From Candidatus Micrarchaeales archaeon (GTDB lineage: Archaea; Micrarchaeota; Micrarchaeia; Micrarchaeales; CABMGC01), in the NCBI GenBank assembly GCA_049520335.1, contig JBEKPX010000002.1:1-32408 (forward strand): a stretch of 32,408 bases of DNA. Direction: 5' to 3'. Shown in pieces: positions 1-6,197 of this stretch. The notes beneath the pieces were generated by a model. The model was not told the DNA's origin and searched no databases. It saw nothing but the letters and a program-made list of their open reading frames with translations. The translations under genes and the position numbers were made by a program. Each line of letters begins with the position of its first letter. Position 1 is the first letter of the stretch.

Positions 1-30
1 ATCAAAGCTTAAAAGCTATTGTAGCTATTA

Positions 31-1353
31 ATGGGTATCACTGGCATAATAATGGCAAAATACAACATTTACAGGGAACCAAAGCTGAGGCGGGAGGCAG
101 GATTGCTGCAGGTGGTCGCATATGGCGTTGGAAACATAATAGGTGCAGGCATCTACGTACTTGTTGGCGACGGTGCCGGCCTCGCAGGAGGCACGCTATG
201 GCTCGCGTTTCTTGCTGGTGCTGTTGTTGCACTTTTCACCGGACTCTCTTATGCCGAACTTTCCGCAATGTATCCCAAGGCGGCCTCGGAGTATGTTTAT
301 GTGCGCAAGGCCCGCGGCGGAAGATTTCTTTCGTTCCTCACTCAATGGCTCATGCTTGCGACAGAGATAGTCGCTGCTGTAACAGTATCGTTGGGCTTCG
401 CAGAATATTTCCAGAATCTGTTCACTGTGCCGATACCCCTGGTCGCCGCTTCTTTGTTGCTGTTTCTTACAATGGTTTCGATAAATGGAGTTAAGCATTC
501 GCTCCGACTTAACACTATTCTAAGCGCTGTGGCTGTGCTTGGACTTCTAATAGTCATCATAGCTGGAATTCCAAGGTTAGGCTCCGTTGACTATACTTAT
601 ACTCCAAATGGACTTACCGGCATCTTTGGAGCTGCTGTTCTTGTTTTCTTCGCTTTCGTAGGATTTGATAATATAGCAAACCTCTCCGAGGAAGTCAAGA
701 AGCCTGCCAAAACTCTGCCAAAGGGCTTCATCATATCGATTGCAGTAACGACCGCCCTTTACGCTATGGTAGGCATTTCGGCAGTGAGTCTCGTCCCTCC
801 TGAAAAGCTCGCAGCTTCAAATGCCCCACTCGCACTTGCAGCATCAATGACTTTTGGAGGAGTGGCATATGATGTGCTCACTGCAGCTGCACTTCTCACT
901 ACGCTGAACACCGTCCTCGTACTCCTAATAACCTCTTCGAGAATAATTTACGGGATGGCGAGGGCTGGCGAGTTGCCGAGAATTATGGGTCGGGTCCACA
1001 GTAACACTAATGCGCCCGCTGTAGCGTCGTTTGCAGTTTTGGCTGTTGCCTTGCTTTTCCTGCCAATAGGCAAGATAGATGTTGTAGCTGAGGTAACAAG
1101 CTTTGGAGCGCTTATCACATTCATGATGGTTAACATCGCTCTGCTCAATCTTAGAAGAGTAGAACCTATGATGCACCGACCCTTCAAGGCGCCCCTAAAC
1201 ATCGGTTGGATATCGGTAACTGCATTGCTTGGAGTCTTATCTTGCATCGTACTACTTACTCAATTCAGCCAAATTGGCATTGTATTTGGTATGGTGTTAC
1301 CAATCTCTGGAATATTGATATATGAATTTTCACACCATTTTAGGAGAAGATAG
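31..1353 (+). CDS. APC-superfamily amino acid/polyamine permease
   Basis: 440-aa ORF, hydrophobic throughout (about 12 TM). Motifs VVAYGVGNIIGAGIYVLVG near the N-terminus and FAFVGFDNIANLSEEVKKP are signatures I associate with APC permeases. The start could also be the ATG at 52 (MAKYNIY). Confidence 0.85.
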   Translation: MGITGIIMAKYNIYREPKLRREAGLLQVVAYGVGNIIGAGIYVLVGDGAGLAGGTLWLAFLAGAVVALFTGLSYAELSAMYPKAASEYVYVRKARGGRFLSFLTQWLMLATEIVAAVTVSLGFAEYFQNLFTVPIPLVAASLLLFLTMVSINGVKHSLRLNTILSAVAVLGLLIVIIAGIPRLGSVDYTYTPNGLTGIFGAAVLVFFAFVGFDNIANLSEEVKKPAKTLPKGFIISIAVTTALYAMVGISAVSLVPPEKLAASNAPLALAASMTFGGVAYDVLTAAALLTTLNTVLVLLITSSRIIYGMARAGELPRIMGRVHSNTNAPAVASFAVLAVALLFLPIGKIDVVAEVTSFGALITFMMVNIALLNLRRVEPMMHRPFKAPLNIGWISVTALLGVLSCIVLLTQFSQIGIVFGMVLPISGILIYEFSHHFRRR

Positions 1354-1435
1354 TACAAAATAAGTAATCTCTAGCAATACCTATAATCCTAGCTTAGGTG
1401 TGAAGACGAGATTTGAACTCTTCAAACCACGAGGA

Positions 1436-1500
1436 ATTCGCCTCTTAACGCGCCCTTCTCTTATTAGTCTGACTCCCGGCCTAGGTCTGGCTTGTTAGAG
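1436..1500 (+). repeat. Cassette-associated repeat, copy 1 (subfamily A)
   Basis: ATTCGCCTCTTAACGCGCCCTTCTCTTATTAGTCTGACTCCCGGCCTAGGTCTGGCTTGTTAGAG, 83 nt after the permease stop. Core CTGACTCCCGGCC at 1469-1481. About 40/46 identical to copy 2 by hand alignment. Confidence 0.8.
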
Positions 1501-1521
1501 TTCGGCTACACATCATGTTAA

Positions 1522-1537
1522 CTTTTATATTTTTATT
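1522..1537 (+). promoter_or_regulatory. TATA-box-like element upstream of 1552 ORF
   Basis: CTTTTATATTTTTATT centred about 25 nt upstream of the ATG at 1552. The spacing fits an archaeal TATA box driving a leaderless mRNA. Confidence 0.35.
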
Positions 1538-1551
1538 GAGCTACTACTGAT

Positions 1552-1983
1552 ATGGCGGCAGTGACATGGATGAAAATCTCCGTAGTAATCATAGTAATGG
1601 CGGCATTGCTGGGACTATCTGCATACTTTGTCATAGCAAATAGAAGTAATAGCAGTAACATAGTTACTCAAGGAAGCCAGACATTCGTAGGCACTATAAA
1701 TAGGTCAACTCTTTCACCCCAAAATCTGACGGGAATCGAAGCACTTTCAGACGAAGGCTGTGCAGTAGATTCTAGTGGGATGTCCAACTGTACTACTAAA
1801 TTAAATACGAAATATGGGATTATCTCATTTAATTATAGGCATAATGAGACTTTAAAGCCCTGCATTTCACTAGGGGACATAGTAAATATTCAAATAAAAG
1901 AAGGGGGAGTGGCGATATTGACTAGGACGTACCAGAATTTAAGCAATTTAAATTCAAATCAAAGTCTAAGTTGCAAGTCATAA
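1552..1983 (+). CDS. Hypothetical membrane-anchored/secreted protein, rich in N-glycosylation sequons
   Basis: 143-aa ORF with one N-terminal TM helix (ISVVIIVMAALLGLSAYFVI). It has many N-x-S/T sequons (NRS, NSS, NLT, NCT, NET, NLS, NQS). I recognise no family. Confidence 0.55.
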   Translation: MAAVTWMKISVVIIVMAALLGLSAYFVIANRSNSSNIVTQGSQTFVGTINRSTLSPQNLTGIEALSDEGCAVDSSGMSNCTTKLNTKYGIISFNYRHNETLKPCISLGDIVNIQIKEGGVAILTRTYQNLSNLNSNQSLSCKS

Positions 1984-2009
1984 GCATTCTTTCATCTACT
2001 CTCCTCTAA

Positions 2010-2060
2010 ATTCGCCTTTTAACCTGCCTTCTCTTATTAGGCTGACTCCCGGCCGAGACC
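2010..2060 (+). repeat. Cassette-associated repeat, copy 2 (subfamily A)
   Basis: ATTCGCCTTTTAACCTGCCTTCTCTTATTAGGCTGACTCCCGGCCGAGACC, 27 nt after the stop at 1983. Core CTGACTCCCGGCC at 2042-2054. Confidence 0.8.
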
Positions 2061-2173
2061 TTCATGAACAGATACTGAGGAAAACCATAGTAATAAAATA
2101 ATAATACTCTGCTCATCATCATGTATTTCACCAACACATATATACCAGAAAAACAGATCTACTTCTGATAAAA

Positions 2174-2572
2174 ATGAGTGAAGAGCAGACCAAAGAAGCA
2201 GATCACAAATTCGGGTCACTGCCGAGTGAAGAGAAAATCAAAGAAATGGACCGTAACTTCACGAAAATGCTAGACGATTCTAACAAAAGTCAATTAATAG
2301 ACATTTTGCGTGGTGCAAAAACAAAAATCAAAACAGGTGCCTTAGACATAGGTACTGGAGCAACTGCAACAGCTACAGGATGGGTGTTGAATGAGAATAT
2401 TCCCTTGTTAGTTGGAGGAAGTATTTTAGTAGTAACTGGCATTTTTGTGCTTGCTCGAGGTATTAAACACCAAAAAACAGCAAACAAACTTTCTTCAGAA
2501 ATTCAACAAAAATCTCCAGAGGAGATACATGATAGTATTCGAAAGCACTTCTGGAAAAAAATTAAGCATTAA
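2174..2572 (+). CDS. Hypothetical small membrane protein
   Basis: 132-aa ORF with charged N- and C-terminal parts flanking a hydrophobic segment (IPLLVGGSILVVTGIFVLARGI). I recognise no family. Confidence 0.5.
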   Translation: MSEEQTKEADHKFGSLPSEEKIKEMDRNFTKMLDDSNKSQLIDILRGAKTKIKTGALDIGTGATATATGWVLNENIPLLVGGSILVVTGIFVLARGIKHQKTANKLSSEIQQKSPEEIHDSIRKHFWKKIKH

Positions 2573-2624
2573 GCCCTATTACCCCACCTCGGCAGTTTAC
2601 CTCGACTCTCGGTTGAGGTCTTGG
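2561..2624 (+). repeat. Cassette-associated repeat, copy 3 (subfamily B)
   Basis: ATTAAGCATTAAGCCCTATTACCCCACCTCGGCAGTTTACCTCGACTCTCGGTTGAGGTCTTGG, overlapping the stop codon at 2570-2572. Core CTCGACTCTCGGTT at 2601-2614. Shares AAGCCCT...CTCGGCA..TTA with copy 4. Confidence 0.65.
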
Positions 2625-2694
2625 AAAAGAAGCTAATTAAGGACAAAAGAAAGTATCTTATAGATTTCAATCCCCCTACTAAGTAGGTTGTAGA

Positions 2695-3105
2695 ATGGTC
2701 GTAACCGTTTTGCCGAAAGGGAACAGAGAAGCGGCGGAAGCTGCACTAGCCAAGCATGACGAGGCAGAGGATAGTTGGAAAAATAGCAGTGAGAGGGAAA
2801 ACGCCATGAAAGAATATCCCGGAGAATACATTGCAGTGCGTGGAACGAAAGTAATAGAGCACTTCAAAGAGATGGATGATCTCTTCAAAGCGCTGAGAGA
2901 AAGAAAATCCCAAGGCAAGAACCTACTTATGATAGTCACTGACCATCTGGTTCCTAAAGCGAGGAGTCGTGCAGAGATTCTCAAGCATCTAGATATTTTA
3001 GATGAAATGCTAATTCACGATCCAGTGAGGTGTGAACTAAGAGAGCTTCAGAGGAGGGCAAACTCCATCACACCAGAGGAACTCCACAGACCATTCACTA
3101 TCTGA
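2695..3105 (+). CDS. Hypothetical protein, possibly DUF5678-like
   Basis: 136-aa ORF. The segment YPGEYIAVRGTKVIEHFKEMDDLFKALRE resembles the (Y/F)-x-G-x-(W/Y)-(V/I)-A-(V/I)-x-G-x-K-V-(V/I) core I remember from small archaeal DUF5678 proteins. This is a weak call. Confidence 0.5.
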   Translation: MVVTVLPKGNREAAEAALAKHDEAEDSWKNSSERENAMKEYPGEYIAVRGTKVIEHFKEMDDLFKALRERKSQGKNLLMIVTDHLVPKARSRAEILKHLDILDEMLIHDPVRCELRELQRRANSITPEELHRPFTI

Positions 3106-3138
3106 CGGCACTTTTTAGGCATATAATACAGCTAATAA

Positions 3139-3192
3139 TCTCTTAATAAGCCCTCGGCAAATTAGACTGACTTCCGGCCGATGACTTTAGGA
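3139..3192 (+). repeat. Cassette-associated repeat, copy 4 (subfamily B)
   Basis: TCTCTTAATAAGCCCTCGGCAAATTAGACTGACTTCCGGCCGATGACTTTAGGA, 34 nt after the stop at 3105. Core CTGACTTCCGGCC at 3167-3179. Confidence 0.75.
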
Positions 3193-3226
3193 TTCTTAAC
3201 CATAACGCCAATCTTTAAATAGCACG

Positions 3227-3236
3227 CTTATAAAAG
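3227..3236 (+). promoter_or_regulatory. TATA-box-like element upstream of 3256 ORF
   Basis: CTTATAAAAG centred about 24 nt upstream of the ATG at 3256. A second candidate, CTTTAAATAG, lies at 3213-3222. Confidence 0.3.
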
Positions 3237-3255
3237 AAATAGCATTTGGGGGAAT

Positions 3256-3924
3256 ATGCAACAAAAGCTACGTGAAACTGACGAATTAGTTCAGCAATTC
3301 AGAATGGTCGCAGATTCAAAACTCCAGCACCTGCGTAATCTTAATCGACCACTAAGAATAGGTATGGACATTGATGGCACGCTAGCACACTTTCATGATG
3401 TGTTCATCCAAGTCTATAATGGTATTCACGGCACAAACTTTACCAAAAAAGACATAACAAACTATGATTTTGGCAAGGTAAAGATGTCTCCAGGAGAATT
3501 TCCTGTTCTACACGAACACGTTTGGTCCACCGAATCAGAAGCCATACTGCCAGCAGCAGACCCCGTGTTGTTGAAGGAGGAAGTTAGTGAAAACAAAGTA
3601 GATATACTCACATATAGACCTATCGAACAGCAACCTGCAGTACAACACTGGCTTGAAAGAAATTATTCTGAGATAAAATTTGACATAGTGATTGTAAGAA
3701 AGACAGAGGATAAGTTGTATCTGGGCTATGATATACTGCATGATGATGCAAGCCCCCTCGCCGAGGAGATACTCAAATCAAACGAAACAGTCTCAACACA
3801 GCTTCTTCTTGTAAATCAACCATGGAACATGAAAACCAAGTACGAACAATTATCAGAAAAAATAACAAGAGTGCCAGACATCAACGCTGGAATAAGGATA
3901 GTGCTAAATCTAAAGCGAAACTGA
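3256..3924 (+). CDS. HAD-superfamily hydrolase, 5'(3')-deoxyribonucleotidase (NT5C)-like
   Basis: 222-aa ORF. HAD motif I is DIDGT, within RIGMDIDGTLAHFHDVF. A later DILHDDA resembles the distal Asp motif. Size and layout fit NT5C-type nucleotidases. Confidence 0.6.
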   Translation: MQQKLRETDELVQQFRMVADSKLQHLRNLNRPLRIGMDIDGTLAHFHDVFIQVYNGIHGTNFTKKDITNYDFGKVKMSPGEFPVLHEHVWSTESEAILPAADPVLLKEEVSENKVDILTYRPIEQQPAVQHWLERNYSEIKFDIVIVRKTEDKLYLGYDILHDDASPLAEEILKSNETVSTQLLLVNQPWNMKTKYEQLSEKITRVPDINAGIRIVLNLKRN

Positions 3925-3929
3925 CGGTT

Positions 3930-3975
3930 CTCTTTAACATCCTGGCAACCCCTACTGTCTTCCGGTCAAAACCTT
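3930..3975 (+). repeat. Cassette-associated repeat, copy 5 (divergent)
   Basis: CTCTTTAACATCCTGGCAACCCCTACTGTCTTCCGGTCAAAACCTT, 6 nt after the stop at 3924. Core CTGTCTTCCGGTC at 3955-3967. It lies at a convergent gene boundary with no downstream + strand gene. Confidence 0.55.
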
Positions 3976-3985
3976 CTGAATCTCA

Positions 3986-4948
3986 TTAAGTCAGTCCAAA
4001 ATAAGCAAGTCCTCCAAGCAGCAAAAGTGCACCGAACCCAAAAGAGGCAAAAGCTAGGCGTTTATCCATTTTTTCTATTCCCGCTTTGCTCTCGCTTCTT
4101 ACTGTAAGGATCTTAGTCGCCTTATCATATGACATTCTTTTCACTGGTTTGCCATTAAACATGCCATCAGTATCTGTTACTCTGCCCATAACAAAGTAAT
4201 CTGTATTCATTGGGAGTACCAATTCAGTTATCATCAACGCATTGCCTCCAGACAGCCCCCCTTTTCCAAGTCCAGTTGCCTGGAATTCAAGGCCAAGATC
4301 ATGTAATTCGTTCTCTGCCATGTCGTTTTGAAATATAGCCATGATTTCTTTACCTTCAGGCATACTAGTTCTAATCCCAACTCCATCTACATTCACTGGA
4401 AAATATGATTTGGCTTTCATGTTTAAATCCGCTTCATACAGCGGAACTGCTAGATATCCTGTTCCATCAGTCATTAGTGTTGGAATGCCTCTGCTTACCG
4501 AACCGCAGGCCTCCCAGTGGCTGCTCTTTCCAGCATTTATATATTGCAAAAGGGTTGTCACAAAGTATACGCATTTTTGTTTTGACATCAAGCTCTCAAG
4601 GGCGTCTCCCTTCTCAGGAATGAATTGTGCGCTTATTTCATTCAAGCCTTCCGATGCGCCGTCAATCTTCACTGTCGGGATATCATCAATCGTTTGCATT
4701 AACTGGAACTCAAGCCATCCTCCAACTATGAATGCGACACCGAAACCCCCTAAAACCCCAAAAAAGTACGGAGATATGTTCTTTATTATAGGAGGCTCCC
4801 CATGTTTGCCTGGAGAACCCAACATAGCTAAAATAAAAAGTGCGGCAATAAACAGTATAAATATGAGGTACACTCTTCCAAAAATGCTCTTGCCACGGCC
4901 GGTAATGGATTTTTCTTCAGGTATGTACGAACATCTTGTCTGCACCAA
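3986..4948 (-). CDS. GIDE-domain membrane protein (LemA-associated)
   Basis: 320-aa ORF with two N-terminal TM helices and one C-terminal TM helix. The central region (VKIDGASEG...KCVYFVTTLLQY...IPTLMTDGTGYLAVP) resembles the prokaryotic GIDE domain (PF12483-like). It lies directly downstream of lemA, a pairing I know from many prokaryotes. Confidence 0.6.
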   Translation of the reverse strand: MVQTRCSYIPEEKSITGRGKSIFGRVYLIFILFIAALFILAMLGSPGKHGEPPIIKNISPYFFGVLGGFGVAFIVGGWLEFQLMQTIDDIPTVKIDGASEGLNEISAQFIPEKGDALESLMSKQKCVYFVTTLLQYINAGKSSHWEACGSVSRGIPTLMTDGTGYLAVPLYEADLNMKAKSYFPVNVDGVGIRTSMPEGKEIMAIFQNDMAENELHDLGLEFQATGLGKGGLSGGNALMITELVLPMNTDYFVMGRVTDTDGMFNGKPVKRMSYDKATKILTVRSESKAGIEKMDKRLAFASFGFGALLLLGGLAYFGLT

Positions 4949-4993
4949 GACTGGTTTGTTTGGTTGTAGGAGTTCATCCGTGCAAACACGCCG

Positions 4994-5557
4994 CTAAACA
5001 TTCACTTTAACTGCTCCCCTTTCTCCTTCAGGGGCCTCAAAAAACGGCATAGGTTTGTATTTCAGCATCCCGGAGAAGAAGTCGTATGGGACTATTGCTA
5101 TTTTTATGTTATATTCATTAACGCTGTCATTGTAGAATTCTCTTCTGTCCGCTATCTCATTTTCTATTTCTATTAATTCCTGCTGAAGTGTTGTGAATGA
5201 CTGGTCCGCTTTCAGATCAGGATAGTTTTCAACATCTGCAAATAAAGTTTTAAGCGAAGCAGATATCTGATTTGATGCCTGCATCTTATTGCCTATGTCA
5301 TTGTCTCCCTCTACATCGGCCCAGGTGCTTCTCAGTGCAGTCACTTTCACTAAAAGTGTCTTTTCATATTTCATGTAGCCCCTAACAGTCTCAACAAGGT
5401 TTCCTATAAGGTCGTGCCTTTTTTTGAGAATAACGTCTATGTTAGACCACGCCTTGGTTACGTTGTTTCTTAGCCTGATCAGGTTGTTGTATATCAAGAC
5501 AAAAAGTCCAGCCAAAATGACTATGACTATGGCACCTGCGGTTAATAAGATGGACAT
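4994..5557 (-). CDS. lemA: LemA family protein
   Basis: 187-aa ORF with an N-terminal TM helix, then YNNLIRLRNNVTKAWSNIDVILKKRHDLIGNLVETV and later YPDLKADQSFTTLQQEL...RREFYN. These are classic LemA signatures. Confidence 0.9.
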   Translation of the reverse strand: MSILLTAGAIVIVILAGLFVLIYNNLIRLRNNVTKAWSNIDVILKKRHDLIGNLVETVRGYMKYEKTLLVKVTALRSTWADVEGDNDIGNKMQASNQISASLKTLFADVENYPDLKADQSFTTLQQELIEIENEIADRREFYNDSVNEYNIKIAIVPYDFFSGMLKYKPMPFFEAPEGERGAVKVNV

Positions 5558-5653
5558 GATACGAATAAACCTGATAAATTAAAAAACCTCACTTCGCTCC
5601 CAAAATACAGCACAAAGAACCAAAAATGGAATATGAAGAGAATGCTAAGTCTT

Positions 5654-6109
5654 CTAACTGATCAGCCTATTCACCAGAAGTTTTTCACCTATATTGAAGT
5701 TGCTGCTTGCATTAGTCTCAAGCACCATATCGCCATGGTAGCAGGTCACATTTGTGGAATAAGGGGCTCCAATAGCGATCTGAGTTATTGTTCCATTCTT
5801 TATCCAGTACTGTTTCAGTGAAATTATTGTGTCCTTCATCCAGAAGCAGAGGTTTGAACTATTCTGGAAGATAAAAAGCATACCTATGCAGTTCCCGTGC
5901 CCATAACAGTCGCCAATAGAAGTGACATTCATCAGCCCCTTCGTCTGCTGTTCGGGAGTCAAAGCAAGGTAAGCATAATACTCACTGCCGCCTATTGAGA
6001 TGTTCGCGATCAGGGAAGATCTGTACGTCACTATGCCATAAAGCACGTAGGAAAAAACTGCCACTGCTACCAATACCAATAGAACCAGAATTCTCTGTTT
6101 GAATGCCAT
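5654..6109 (-). CDS. DUF192 domain protein with N-terminal signal anchor
   Basis: 151-aa ORF. LALTPEQQTKGLM ... GMLFIF ... FWMKDT ... VLE follows the DUF192 (COG1430) pattern: A-x-T-x-x-(E/Q)-x-x-x-GLM, GMLF-x-F, FWMK-(N/D)-T. Confidence 0.7.
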   Translation of the reverse strand: MAFKQRILVLLVLVAVAVFSYVLYGIVTYRSSLIANISIGGSEYYAYLALTPEQQTKGLMNVTSIGDCYGHGNCIGMLFIFQNSSNLCFWMKDTIISLKQYWIKNGTITQIAIGAPYSTNVTCYHGDMVLETNASSNFNIGEKLLVNRLIS

Positions 6110-6197
6110 GCAAACAATAGTTGTTTAATATTTTAACAAATAAAGAAAAGCATATCGTATAAGCTCGGATTCCGAATCCCTCATCTAAGCTTGGCTA

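Noticed and set aside
1397-1513. Possible tRNA or tRNA remnant on the minus strand overlapping repeat copy 1. It has a T-arm-like GAAGAGTTCAAATCTCGTC (reverse complement of 1402-1424). An acceptor-like pairing links TGTGTAG (reverse complement of 1507-1513) with CTTCACA (6 of 7 pairs).
   Set aside because: The span is about 117 nt. There is no D-arm (no GG in a D-loop, and GAAC has no partner) and no credible 5-bp/7-nt anticodon arm. The T-stem has an A-G mismatch. The T-arm-like part is absent from the other four repeat copies. It is probably coincidental or at most a decayed fragment. tRNAscan-SE or ARAGORN would settle it. If it were real, it would hint at an integration hot spot.
1436-3975. 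Could the five repeats be a CRISPR array?
   Set aside because: The repeats are only about 60-90% similar to each other, 45-65 nt long, and spaced 560-790 nt apart, with a complete protein-coding gene in every interval. That is incompatible with CRISPR repeat-spacer architecture.
4341-4997. 218-aa + strand ORF. Similar long antisense ORFs occur elsewhere: 6517-7599 (several), 12464-13136, 14528-14941, 28636-29022 and 29897-30511.
   Set aside because: All are antisense to ORFs with clear family signatures (GIDE, wHTH protein, ribosomal proteins, P1, L1). They have low-complexity Ser/Leu/Phe-rich translations typical of shadow ORFs.
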